A DNA stretch of 64,000 nucleotides from the human T2T-CHM13v2.0 reference genome, Homo sapiens. The DNA lies in the NCBI RefSeq assembly GCF_009914755.1, contig NC_060925.1; one strand, 5' to 3'. Shown in pieces: positions 1 through 18,332 of this stretch (within the stretch, counting starts at the first letter, position 1; every line of letters begins with the position of its first letter). The notes under the pieces were generated by a model. The model did no database searches, had not been told where the DNA came from, and worked only from the letters and a program-made list of their open reading frames with translations. A program made the position numbers and the translations under genes.

Positions 1-4378
<4,378 letters not shown>

Positions 4379-4519
4379 CCAGTCCCCTGCATGAACAGAT
4401 TTGGTAACGAGATCCAACCCTAATTGGGTATGGGCCTGGGGCCATTATAATGTGTCACCTGCCTTCCCTCCCTTCTCCTTGCCTGGGAAACATCATGTTT
4501 GGTCAGGTGAGATGACCAT

Positions 4520-4683
4520 ACTGGAAAGAAAACTCAAATTTGAATCCCAACTCTGTCACTACCAAGGAGACCATGGGAAATTCAGCCTCTCAGAGGCTTC
4601 ACTTTCTCATCTGTAAAATAAGGCTGTAGAACCTACTTTGTAGGGTTGCTGTAGTAATTAAAGAAGATGATGTATATAAAGCA
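4520..4683 (+). mobile_element. MIR SINE relic
   Basis: TTTGAATCCCAACTCTGTCACT...TTTCTCATCTGTAAAAT...GGGTTGCTGT core. Confidence 0.7.
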
Positions 4684-5289
4684 TGAGCATGTTTATTGCA
4701 GCACTATTCACAATAGCCAAGATATGGAATCAACCTCGGTATTCAACAATAGATGAATGGGTAACGAAACTGTGGTACATAAATGCCATGGGATACTATT
4801 CATCCATAAAAAAGGATAAAATTTTGTCATTGATGGCAACGTGGATGGAACTGGGGGACATTATTTTAAGGCTTATTTTAATAAGCCAGGAATAGAAAGT
4901 TAAACACTGCATGTTCTCACTCATATGTGGAAGCTAATATAGACTGATCTCATAGAAGTAAAAAGTAGAAAAGAGGCTACTAGAGGCTGGGAAGGGTAGG
5001 GGAAAGGGTGAGAGAGATTTCTTAAAGAATATAAAGTCACAGATAGATAGGAGGAATAAGTTCTAGAGTTCTATACCTCTGTAAAATAACTACGGTCAAC
5101 AATAATATATTACAGAGTTTCAAATCATAAGAAGGAAGATATTGAATGTTCCCAACACAAAGAAATAATAGATATTTGTGATGATGGACATGTGAATTGC
5201 CCTGATCTGACCATTACACATATATGTATTAAAACATCACTATGTATCCCATGAATATGTATAATTATATGCCAATTTAAAAAATAAAA
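4684..5289 (+). mobile_element. Old L1 3' end (L1MA-like)
   Basis: Degenerate ORF2 C-terminus [16 protein letters not shown], then an L1M-type 3'UTR and AATAAA. Confidence 0.85.
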
Positions 5290-5754
5290 CATAGGTACCC
5301 AATCCATATGACAGACATCTCCTTAAAATACTGCAGTCTTGTTGGGGACAGGAAAACAAGGGCAACATGCAGACCAGGAAGAGGGATACATGCTGGGGTG
5401 GGCAGGAACACCAAGGGAGGCTTTGCCTTCAGTGACTGGGGATGGGGCCAGGTTCTGGACAGATGTGTAGCGACGTTCCTCCTTCTCCTTCAACTGCTGC
5501 CTCTCTGAATCCCTGTCCATCTTTGTCAGCATCCCCAAAATACATGACTTTGGACAGGCAACTCAATTCACAATGCCCCACAGAGAACTCAGATTCAACT
5601 GTACTGACAATATTAATTGTGGCCAAAGCAACGATAAGGTATGCACTAAGCCAATCAGAAATGTGGAAGGAAAGAGTACCCATGTGCTTTCCTTGTGTGT
5701 AAATGATTAACAATGGAACCCAAATGTCAGCAAAAGCAGTAAAAGGCCAGAAAA

Positions 5755-6681
<927 letters not shown>

Positions 6682-7204
6682 TGAGAAATGCAAATCTTAA
6701 CCAGACCACCTGTCAAAAGGTTGTGGGGAGCATCAGGAAAGACAGAGGCAATGGGTTCCACCACACTCATGGCCAAGTGACTAAAGAAGACAGGCAAGGA
6801 AAATGGAGCTGCCATCGGGCCTCCCTTTCATGGATGAGAATTGCCTGCTTGGTTATGCAGGTAATAAATAATAACATCGAGTGAGTGCCTGGGGCTGGCC
6901 ATCAGATGTAGAATGTCTCAAGCGTGTCATTTGTGCCTACATCTCCCTTTCAGATCAAGGAACCTCTCCCTAGAGAAGCACCGCAAGGTTGGATGAGCTT
7001 GTTCTTTGTGTTGTTAGGTGAATCTCATGAAGACAAGCCATGTTTCCCTCCACTCCATGGCCATATCTTGAAGCTTCACTCTTCTGGGTGATGTAGGTTG
7101 GACCCAGGATTTTGAGCCAGAGCCTGTGGCTACATTGGTGGGTGACTGCTGTCAGAGCAAGGAAAACCATCCTAGGGATGGGCTCGACTTACAGAGGTAG
7201 CTTT

Positions 7205-7519
<315 letters not shown>

Positions 7520-8215
7520 TGAAGGTACATTAAATGTGCGGTTTCAACAATCCTTCTGCTTGACCCCTCTGCTCCTCTCCCACTCAAAGGAATTGACTGG
7601 CCAACTACAGAGGAAGAATTTCCTGAAAAAGTCTTCTGCTCAGGCAGTTCATTTTAAAAGCAAGTGCTGCTCTGTGGAGGCCCCGTAAGTTCTCTTAAGG
7701 ACCTTATGCTGGGATTAAGAAGAGCCCTGCACAGTGGTTTTAAGGTGTTCTCAGAACCTGCTTGTTTAAGACTCTCACTTAAACAAGCTATCTGACAGAC
7801 CTATGGGACTCCAGCTTCATGAAAATACTTTATTCACTTAATATGGATTTACCTGAAGTTTACTTGAAACCAAGTGACCGATGCAACCAGTGACTACTCT
7901 CAGAGCTGCTCAAGAAAAATGGTTAAATAAAAAGAGAAAGGGTCTTCTTCCACCTTACAGAGAAAAGCTCTATTAAAAAGTCCTTCAACATTAAAATCTA
8001 ATTTCATAAAATTTTAAGTCTGCAGCAGGCTCCAGTTTAGTCTCCAAAAGCACACTCCCCCTGCAAAGAGGAAACTCAAAGAAGAAAAGAGAGTTGTCTT
8101 TCTGCACAAGGAACATGTTGTCTATACCCAAAGGTGTTCAAGGAACACCCTGAATCTACCCAGGTGCTGAAGCTCCTGCTAGAGGGATTTGGCTTTTAAA
8201 AATGTCATAACCACC

Positions 8216-8579
8216 TCATATGGTTTGGCTCTGTGTTCCCACCCAAATTTCATCTAGAATTGTAATCCCCATGTGTTGAGGGAGGACCTGATGGGAGGTG
8301 ATTGGATCAAGGCAGCAGTTTCCCTCATGCTGTTCTCGTGATAGTGAGGGAGTTCTCATGAGATCTGATGGTTTTAAAAGCAGGGGTTTTCCCTGTGTGC
8401 TCTCTCTCTCCTGCCACCATGTATGCCGTACTTTGCTTCCCCTTCGCCTTCTGCCATGAGTGTAAGTTTCCTGAGGCCTCCCCAGCCATGCACAACTGTG
8501 AGTCAATTAAACCTCTTTTCTTGATAAATTACCTCGTCTCAGATAGTATATTTATAGCAGTGTGAAATGGACTAATACA
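8216..8579 (+). mobile_element. MaLR solo LTR (THE1D-like)
   Basis: T(C)ATATGGTTTGGCTCTGTG...GGACTAATACA; 5-bp TSD CCACC at 8211-8215 and 8580-8584. Confidence 0.9.
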
Positions 8580-10039
8580 CCACCCTTCCCAGGAACTGAA
8601 TCCTAAGGGAGGAGGAATTTGGGTGCTGTACAACATTATCTCATAGCCTATGTAAGATTCTCACCCAAACCAGGAGCTGAGTGCAATTAGTTACTTGGTT
8701 CTCTATATAAGAAACAAAACCAAAAACTCCTATCTGGCTAGTATAGCCAATGCCATAAGAGCTGAGATGAACTCTGTAACCCAAAAGATGCTTAAGTAAG
8801 GAAATATTTTCATCAATGATGACAATGGATTTTGGCAAGACAAGGGTTGATTCTTCTCTCCTTTCTCTCATATAATACTTATTTATAATATAAATGAATC
8901 CTGAATTGATTTTAGTCTCTTTAAGATGTTTACTTTTTAAATGTGCTAATTCTTTATGATGTACAAACCGAAGTTCATCACCACACAAAGTCTGACTGCT
9001 ACTCCTTGCAGCAAGAGCTTCAGTGAGGATGCAGCATTTTTTATGTCCTGAGGACGTATGTGTTGAGTAAGTGTTTGTCAAGTGAATTCAGGTAAAGTCA
9101 ATCTTGCTTCACCTCTGTCTTTTCTTATGAAATGTAGGAAAGGGATATATTTACTCTGGAAAAGTATCCCCAAGTAGACATAACTGAGTTGGTTTTGGAA
9201 AGGAAGCGGCCAGATGGTGGCCAGCACCCTGGCCTTTAGTCACTGTACTTACTAGGTCAGCAGCCCTGCGCCCACGGGGTGTATTTTCAGTCCTTTGCCA
9301 ATTCTAGGGTCTCCTCTCCACCATATAGGTCACCTCCTCTGTTCCCTGGGCCATAGACATTTTCACCCATGCTTGGGGTCATGCAGGCTCCAGTCTTGCA
9401 GAAGCAGCTTGAAGAAGCACAGACATCTCTGAGGTTGGAGACTTTGGGGGCCATAAAGTGAATTCATTCAGTTCTGTAAATTCAGACCTCTATAAATTTA
9501 GTTCACTTGGAAGAAGCAAGTTGAATTGGAATAAGGGGGCCATGTGAAAAGGGGGAATGGCTGTACATGTGGCAGGATGAGGTGGGAATAAAAGAAAGGG
9601 ATCTGTGCGCACCCAAGAGAACAGCTGCCCAATACCACCTTGCTTCTGTAGAGCACTTTACTGTCATAAAGCATTTTAATGGATATGAACTTAGTTTTTA
9701 AAAAATCTGCATCTCAGACAGGACTGACCCATGGTGTGAAAGGAGTCCAGGTAACAGTGACAAGCCCGGGGGCTGCAACAGGTCTTTCCCTAAATTGTCA
9801 TTTAACTCTGGGAAGGCTCTTACCTTATTTGAGACTCAGTTTCTCTATAGGTCAAACAAAAACTAAATCGGAATGAGGGCTTGAATTACGTGATTTCTCT
9901 GAGTTCCTTCAACTCCAAACCTGGATGATGTCATTTGTTGTAACAAGGTGCTCTTGTGTAACAGATTAGAGTGGGGCTGTTGTGACATAAACAAGGTTAG
10001 ACTCAACCTTGTAGAGGAAAAACAATGCTGTTGTAGGAT

Positions 10040-10200
10040 TAATTCCAGCCAGGCTGCTTACTCATCAACTGTGTGACCTTAACAAAGTGAGTGAGCCTCT
10101 CTGAACCTCAGTTTCCTAATCAGGAAACAATAAGACTCATCTTATAGAATTGTTGTGCATGTTAAATGAAATAGTGAATCTGAAAGCACTTTTAAACTTT
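10040..10200 (+). mobile_element. MIR SINE relic
   Basis: CTGTGTGACCTT...CTCTCTGAACCTCAGTTTCC core. Confidence 0.65.
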
Positions 10201-11340
10201 AATGACCTATAACAATGTGATAAATTATTATTGTTACCATTATTACCACCATTCCAGAAATTCATTAGCCTTCTAAGAATTACCTGGCAAGGATAACAAA
10301 TGAATTCAGCAGCCCTTACTACTTGCCCAGCATAAATCCTAATCAGGGAGCATGGCTATTTACAAAGCAGAAAAAAGACATTCTGAAAGTTTAGCTTTTT
10401 CACTGCTATGTGACATCGGTGGTATAGACTTCTAGGTCTCCCTCCAGCCCCCTATAAACCACATAGAATAAAGAAAGCCTAGAGTGTTAACAATCATGAC
10501 TTTCTCTACTATCAGGGCAACACAAACAATCTCTTTATACAGATCTTTCAAAGACCAACAAAATTACCATTCAAATTAAAAATAAATACACCATTGTCTT
10601 AGAAAGGTAATATCTGCTCTTCCAAACTTCCAAAAATGATTGGAGCACATCACGACTGGAATCCAAGGACCTGAATGTCCTTTGGACACACGTGGTCTTA
10701 TTTGAGGTTGCCTAATAAAAAAGCTGACTTCCTGCTGCCATGCCTATGTACAAGCCCCTCCCTGCACATCTGGGGCTGAGTGTTAAGAACTGTACATGAA
10801 TTCCATTAAATAAGTAGAGAAAAAAAAAAGAATGACACATGCAGACCAGTACAATAGAAGCCCCCTACTCTAAGGTGATTTCTCACCCCCTTTCTTGCCA
10901 TGACTACGTAGTACCTAGTTATGTATAGGGTTGGAAAGAAGCTTGACAGAAGGCCTTCATCTCTGGGCAATATTTAAGAAGCCTATTTTGGTTTTCTCTG
11001 TTCTCTGATGTTCCTAAGCCTGACTGTTTTTAAAGCACTGGGTAACATAAGCCATAGGTTTTGGCAGGGAAGTCTATATACATATATATATATATATGAA
11101 CCAAGTAACCTTTAAATAGAATCTCAGGGAAACCACAGCTTGCATAGGCTGCATGCAAGAGGAAAAAATGAACTTATTTTTAAAAACCTTAAGTCTTTAT
11201 TATATTTATTATGGCTTTTTCTTATACCTTGAAAATAAAAGCAAAGATAGCAAGTACTTTAAGAGCAAGACACCATCTTATCTATCCTTTACAATTTCCA
11301 GAAGGAGGAGCAAAATAGGCACTTATAAAATGCTTATCAC

Positions 11341-11640
11341 GGCCGGGTGCCGTGGCTCATGCCTGTAATCGCAGCACTTTGGGAAGCTGAGGCAGGTGGA
11401 TTGCATGAGCTCAGGAGTTTGAGACTAACCTGGGCAACATGGTGAAACCTCATCTCTACAAAAAATACAAAAATTAGCTGGGCATGGTGGCGAACGCAGG
11501 TAGTCCCAACTACTTGGGAGATTGAGGTGGGAGGATCACTTGAGCCGAGTGGAGGTTGCAGTGAGCCAAGATTGTGCCACTGCACTCTAGCCTGGATGAC
11601 AGAGGGAGACACTGTCTCAAAAAAAAAAAAAAAAAAAAAA
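11341..11640 (+). mobile_element. Full-length Alu (AluJ-like) with ~22-nt A tail
   Basis: GGCCGGGTGCCGTGGCTCATGCCTGTAATC...GGAGGATCACTTGAGCC...TCTCAAAA. Confidence 0.93.
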
Positions 11641-12568
11641 GCTTATTAAGTTATTTAAAAAGTAAAAAGTTTCATAAAGGAAATATACACTAAATCATGA
11701 CAATAGTTTCCATATTATTATAAAAGCTCCATTCCAAAATAAAATCAGTGTTAAGAGAAACTGAAACTAATTTCAAATGAACTCAATGAAATATAAGTTC
11801 TGTGCTTCATGGAAATTTGGGACCAGAATTAATTCTTGATTCATGCCTATTCCAACTTCAGCCCTGCTGGTCTTCTGAGATATATCATCAACAATTTGAC
11901 ATTCTAATTGGTTAAACTCCATGCATTTTTAAAAAGTCTGAATGTATCTACATAAAGTAAAAACAAAAAAAAGTATATAAAGTTGTTTCAACCAACAGAT
12001 GTGGGGTAATTGCTAGAAGTGAATGAATATCTTGTCACTACCAATACATTTAGGGATAATTGCTAGAAATAAATGTCTACCTCGTTAATCTGTCACTGCT
12101 TGTCACAGTTCTTTCTTTTCCTAAATGCATCACATCTAACACAGAACTGATAAGTAGTAATTGATTTAATCCTCTGAGTAATGCACATCTTCTGTAGGAC
12201 TAAATACAGTTTTTGCACAGTATATTTACTGCACATTTTATTGAGTAACATGAAAATGAGTGCTGAGTTGGCAGCCTAATAATAAATACCCGTAATGTTA
12301 TCTGAGTTGCTCTCCTGCATTGACAAAAATGGTGATAAATTAGATTGTAATTGAGACAGAGAAAAAAGACTATTACTTCTAATGCAGAGATTAATTAACC
12401 CTCTATCCCAACCCTCATTACCCACTCCTGCTTTCTGGTCAGCATGCAGGTGCAGCCCTGCATCAGAGAGAAGAGCCCAGGGTATTGAGCTGTCACACAG
12501 CCCTGCACCCCTGTGGCCATGCAACTTGAACCACATGAGTGGCTTCCGTGGAGAAGTAAGCACTTTAC

Positions 12569-12781
12569 CTTCTTGCACACAGATGGAATTATCACTTGGG
12601 ATCCAGCCTAGGGTTCCATTAAAATGCTTCAAACACAGTCTCTTTGTAGCGCCCTTCAGCTTGAATCCGTCTTGGCAGTGAAATCGGGCTACAGAGCCTT
12701 CAAAGAAAACCCCTCCGCTGGGGGTCCTGAAGCCATTCTCGGGAATGCCGGGGTCAGCACACACTTGAAGGTCATCGAACC
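12569..12781 (-). CDS. SUSD4: SUSD4 internal coding exon encoding the first CCP/sushi domain (probably exon 3)
   Basis: Translates (G)[70 protein letters not shown] with the 4-Cys + Trp CCP signature, and matches my recall of human SUSD4. Acceptor CTTTTCCTCTCTTTGTTGATGTAG|GG, donor GAAG|GTAAAG. 213 bp, symmetric phase 1-1 as typical of CCP exons. Confidence 0.96.
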
Positions 12782-13777
12782 CTACATCAACAAAGAGAGG
12801 AAAAGGTGCCTATGAATATGTTCTCTCAATGCCAAGGGCCTTCCTACATAAATGGCAGACCCTGCATGATGTCATACGCCTTGGACACTCCAGTTACCCC
12901 ACCACCAAAGCCAAGGACATTTTAGTGCACATTCTACTCTGCTTTTAGCTCTTTGCTCAGAAAAGCACTGAGTAGAGTTTTCTGTTCAATGGCCAAGTTA
13001 GCCTTTCAAGGAAGTTACAGGAGGAGGGAGAAGGAAACAGACAAAAAGGATTTCACATGACAAGTGCCACAAAAGATGTACAAAATGCTGAAGAGAGTTG
13101 AGGAGGGAACAGTAGGTGGGAGGGATTCAAGGAGATGGCATCTGAGCCTGGCCTTGAGGAAGGGGTGAAATTTCAAGACAGAACTCTGTGCAGGGAGGCA
13201 TGGGTGGTTTTCTAACGGTAGAAATGGCATGAACAGTGAATGGCTGGGGACTGGAAGACGGCAGCGTGTGTTGAGGGAGCAGCAAGTGGAATGTAGTTAT
13301 AACCCAGGGTCTATGGTAGGGGTGGCTGGGAATGCCCTTCCTCCTCCTCTTACCCCTACCCCTATCTGCCAGGGGAACATTCACTCCTCAAGACCTATCC
13401 AAGTTTCTCCTCCACCCGGCTGCCTTTCTTAATTTCACTCTCCGCCTGCCTCATCCCTACTTTGTTCCACTGCTGTAGCGTCAACACAGCTGTGTGCTGA
13501 ATTACCTGCAGAACAGCTGCCTCTCATCCCAGGCTGTGCGCCCTCCAAGAACAAGTCCTATGACTCCATCCTGACATCCCCAGAATCTACCACAGTGTCT
13601 TCTGTATTCAGTGCTCCATACCAGTTTGCTGAATGAATAAATGAGGTTGGAGGACAGCAGCTTGAGAGACTGACTGAAAGAGAGAGAGCCCAGAAGCCCA
13701 GGCAGGAGAGCAAGCAAGGGTGTGGGTAAGGGGTGATGGGCTGAGAGCAGTGGAGACACAAGGAGGATGCTGGTGTC

Positions 13778-14177
13778 TGGGACACTTGGATTCTAGGCTC
13801 CCCTTGTCAACTGACTGGATGTTGGAGTGAGGAGGAGACCTAAGAAATTTTGTGCCCAGACAGCTGGGATGAATGCGGACAAGCAAAAATGGACATCATG
13901 AGCCACAGCTAGGGCCAAGGATAAGGGAGGGTCTGCTGTGTACATAATGCTCCTAATATGTCCTTACTCTAAATGCTCCAAACTTGGGACACTTGAGTTC
14001 CAGGCCCCCCTTTTCAACTGACTAGATGTTGGGGTGAGTGAGAGATCTAAGAGATTTTTGTGCCCAGACAGCTTGGATGAAGGCAGATCCCTGAAACAAA
14101 CACTGATGTCATAAGCCACAGCGAGGGCCAGGGATAAGGGAGGCTCTGCTGTGTGCATAATGCTTTAACCGTGTCCT
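13778..14177. repeat. Diverged tandem duplication of an unrecognised ~190-bp unit (period ~207 bp)
   Basis: TGGGACACTTG...TCAACTGACT...TTTTGTGCCCAGACAGCT...GATAAGGGAGG...GTCCT at 13778-13964 and 13985-14177. Confidence 0.9.
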
Positions 14178-15095
14178 CAAAGGGAACAATGCAAACTCCA
14201 GAACAAGAAACTCCTGAGCCCTACAGAGGCATTCTACTCCATTCTCTTACTCACAAAATCAATAGACAAATCCTTACTGAATGGGTACCAACAACAAATA
14301 TACATAACTCTATGTAGATGGGGACTGGTGTACTGGTGTGCCCATCCATCCCCACCCCCAGCACAGCCTGCTGGTGCCAGGACAGGCTGGACACCATCAA
14401 GATATGATGGGGAAGTCTCAACCCAGACCTAGGAGACAGTAAGTATCATTGGGGCTCTTGCAAGGTTTACCTGGTTCCCAGGAGGATGCTCAGATATCGA
14501 ACTCATATCTGTTTTTCTCTAACATACTGCACTTGCAGAAGTTCCTCAGCTGCAGGTGAATTCCCCCACCCCAGCTTTTATGTGCTTGTGTAGGATTCAC
14601 TGGCTTCCCTCCCCACCTGGCTTATGATGCTAGACCCTCTACCACTGTTGCTGTGCTGAAAGCCACACAGCACAGGAGGCATGGCACTGGCAGGATGTCC
14701 AGAAGTCATTGTTACAGTGCTTACTTTGTGCAGAGGTGACAAAGAATTGGGGTGAGGGAAAAGCCATTCGAAGGCAGGAAGGAGGAGGGCACAGCATCCA
14801 CATCTGACACTTGTACTTATTAAGTAGGAGCAGGTCTGATATTTTACCAAACTGATGATGCTTTTACAAAGGAGATAGCATCCAGCCTTCTCAGCCCTCC
14901 TGCTGCCACTCTGTTGGGACTAAATACCCCAATAATACAAGTTGTGTTGCAGCCCAGCAGAGGGGTATTTGAAAGTCATTAAATGATGGCTGCATGTTTT
15001 TAATTTGGGGGAAAGTATTCTAATTATCAAGTGGTTCCTAAATGATGAATGTCAACCATTTCCTTTCATCTGGAAGGAAGGGCAATCTCATGCCC

Positions 15096-15416
15096 ATTCT
15101 ATTGCTGCTAGTTTTTCCACTTCGTACCATCATGAATATTGAAACATATATTTATGAATATCATGAATATTGAAACATATATTCACGATGGTACTGAGCC
15201 ATGGGTTCCAGGCTCCCCTTATCAACTGACTGGATGTTGGGGTTAGGAAGAGGTCTAAGACATTTTGTGCCCAGATAGCTGGGATGAAGGCAGATAAGCA
15301 AACATAGTGTCATGAGCCATAGCTAGGGCCAAGTATAAGGGAGGGCCTGCTGTTACATATATTGAAACATATATTCATGATGCTATTGAGGTGGAAACAT
15401 TAGCAGCAATGGAATT
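15096..15416. repeat. Inverted repeat (~45-bp arms) enclosing a third copy of the unit between 32-bp direct repeats
   Basis: Arm 15096-15139 is the imperfect reverse complement of 15371-15415; direct repeats at 15167-15198 and 15359-15390 (29/32); unit copy at ~15203-15356. Confidence 0.85.
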
Positions 15417-15911
15417 CATGGTTTTATATAGTTTAGAAGGCCTAGAAGCACAGATATCCAGAGCCCTGAAACCTGGGTAATCTGGACGTTTCTGGCTATC
15501 CATAGGTAAAAGTCATTCTCTCTCATACTATGTCAAATAGAACCAGTGTCAGCTCTCATAATGTTGGGGTGGGGCACATGTATCAGTCAATGGGTGGCCA
15601 CAGAAGGGCAAGATGAGTGTGCCATAATAGAGGATGGGAACCTCTGCAAAGCCTTGAGTGGGATCCTTGTGAAGAGTAGCCAGAAGGGAGGAAGGGTGCT
15701 GTGGGTGCAGGTCGGAAGGTATGGAGGTGGGAAGCTGACCAGCACCTGTCAGGAAAGAGGTGGCTCTGCCAGCTGGGGACAGGGTGCCTGCTAGGGGTGG
15801 GGCTGTGGGGATAAAGGAAGGGAAAGAGATGAAGGCAGACTGTGGAAGCTTTGTGTTAGCTCAGGGTTTGGATTCAATGTGGGAGAGAGGGGCATGGGTG
15901 TCAAGACTGAG

Positions 15912-15982
15912 GGTATACATATGTAACTAACCTGCACTTTGTGCACATGTACCCTAGAACTTAAAGTATAAAAAAAAAAAAA
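15912..15982 (+). mobile_element. Extremely 5'-truncated L1PA insertion (~71 bp)
   Basis: L1 terminal GTATACATATGTAACTAACCTGCAC...CTTAAAGTATA plus A tail; 9-bp TSD AAGACTGAG at 15903-15911 and 15983-15991. Confidence 0.92.
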
Positions 15983-16744
15983 AAGACTGAGAGGTTTGAG
16001 CAGGGAAGTGATTACGATCAGATTCGCATTTTAGAATGATCTCTCTGGTGCCCATGTGAAGGACTGATGGCTACAGACCAGGAAAAGGGTGGGAAGATCA
16101 TTTGAAATGGCTCCCAGGACACCAGCTGCACCTCAGGATCATTGGGCACCTTTATCAAAGGACAGATCAATTGAGCCTGGCTCTCTCTGTGTGGGGTGGG
16201 GTGGGGCTGCTCTTGGACAGCCAGTCTAGCACTTGTCTGAGGGCAGGCATTTGAGAACTGTGGAATTTCAAGGCTCCTGCAGTACTCCAGGTGAGTCAGA
16301 AACAAGGCAAAGACAGTGGAATGGAGAGGGCTACACAGACATTAAGGACACAGAGTCACAAAACCTGGTGACCTCCTGGATGGGGGAGTGATAGTGGGAG
16401 TGAGAGAGGAGAGAGGCGTCCAGGATACCTTCCTGGTTCTGGCATCAATGTCAGGGTAGATGGCAGTGCCATGTGCTCAGATTAACAGAACAAGATGAAG
16501 AGTGGGCCTAGGGAGAAGGGGGAAGAGTTCAGTGTGGAGTGTGGTGAATCTGAATTCTTGGGGATGCCAGGTATAGATGTCTAGCCATCAGCTGGAGCAT
16601 GAGCCAGAAGTTCTGCATGGCCTGTGCTGTGCATCCATGTATAGGCAGCAGTCCAAGGCACAGGTGGGCATGCCCTCCTGGAACTAGCACAGTGTGAAGG
16701 GAGGAGCAGCTGAGGACACACAAATAAGGGACACCCAGAAAGGA

Positions 16745-17112
16745 TGATAGAGTTTGGCTGTGTCCCCACCCAAATCTCAACTTGAACTGTAGTTCTCATA
16801 ATCCCCATGTCATGGCAGGGACCAGGTAGGAGGTAATTGAATTATGGGGTGGTTACCTCCATGCTGTTCTTGTGATAGTGAATGAGTTCTCATGAGGTCT
16901 GATGGTTTTATAAGGGACTTTCTTCTCTCTCTGCACTTCTCCTTGCTGCCGCCATGTGAAGAAGGATGCGTTTGCTTTCCCTTCTGCCATGATTGTGAGT
17001 TTCTTGAGGCCACCCCGGTCCTGTGGAACTATGAATCAATTAAACCTCTTTCCTTTATAATTTACCAAGCCTCGGGTATGTCCTTATAGCAGTGTGAGAA
17101 CAGACTAATATA
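16745..17112 (+). mobile_element. MaLR solo LTR (THE1B/C-like)
   Basis: TGATAGAGTTTGGCTGTGTCCCCACCCAAATCTCA...CAGACTAATATA; TSD AAGGA/AAGGG. Confidence 0.9.
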
Positions 17113-18002
17113 AAGGGCATGGAAAATCCAGGACCATCAAGAAGAAAGACCTGACCAGTGTCCCCAAAGCAAGGAAAACAGTTTCAGGAAGGAAGAAATG
17201 GACAGCCACATCAATGTGACCCATTGGTCAACTACATAAAGATCTGAAAGCATCCACTAACTGAAGACAGAGAACACTGGGACCACTGCCCATGCAGCTG
17301 CAGGGACAGGAAAGGACTGTCCCTGGGTAGGAAGCCTGTCTGCTAACATGTGGAGAGGGAAGGGTGACACAGTATGTGTGGACTGCTCTTTCAGGATGCT
17401 TAGTGTGAACAGAAGAACATAGGGAGGCAGCTGCTCATGGACTAGGCCCAAGGGATGGTTTTTATTATTGTTGTACTAAAATTTTAAGATGAAAGAGATC
17501 TGAATGTGTCTCTACACAGCAGGAAGAAAAACACTGGAAAATAAAAGCCTGTGGATGAGGACAAGTGACGGAGAGACAGGTGGGGTTAAGTTGTCCCCAC
17601 CTGAATGTGGGCAGGAAGGTGACCCAGGCCCTGAACAAAGGACTTGTCTCCTACTGAAGCAGGAAGGGAAGTCATGCCAGAACCTCTACCAACGGAAAGT
17701 TTTCCCAATAACATGCTCATCATCCAGGACACAGCTGAAATAGTGCCTCTTCCAGAGAGCCTTCCCTCCCCTGCAGAGTCTGAATAGGAGGCCTCTCTTC
17801 TCATCAAGGCAACCTGGGCTCACCTCTCTCAGTGTTCCTCACTCTGACCATCATCACTGCTCTACTTAGCGGTCTCCCTCACTGGGCTGTGAACTCCTGG
17901 AGGGAAAGAGTAGGTCTTATTCTTCACCTCCTCAGCATCTGGCATGGTGTGTGGTATAAAGTGGACATTCTACAAGTGTTGCTAATGAAGGATAAAGCAA
18001 GG

Positions 18003-18332
18003 GATGGATGGATGGATGGATAGATGGATGGACAGGTGGATGGATGGACAGGTGGATGAATGGGTGGATAGATGGGTAAATGGACAGATGAATAGATGAA
18101 TGGCTGGCTGGTTGGCTAGGTGAATGGATAAATGGGTAGATGAATAGATGGATAAATGGATGGATGGATGAATGGGTGGATGGATGGATGAATAGATGAA
18201 TGGCTGGCTGGATGGGTGAATAAGTGGATGGATGGATGCATCGCTAGATGGATGGATGGATGAATGGATGGATGGATGGGTTGGATTGGATGGATGGATA
18301 AACAGATAGATGAATGGATGGATGGATGGATG
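18003..18332. repeat. Degenerate (TGGA/TGAA)n microsatellite after an L2 3' end (~17870-17990)
   Basis: Visible repeat; source of the spurious IHPS-repeat ORFs. Confidence 0.93.

Noticed and set aside
9245-9380. Minus-strand donor-like CCTA|GTAAGT at 9253/9252 with upstream ATGs as an alternative SUSD4 exon
   Set aside because: The upstream ATG frames checked hit stops, and the phase-1 frame has TGA just before the donor; a non-coding exon cannot be supported from sequence alone
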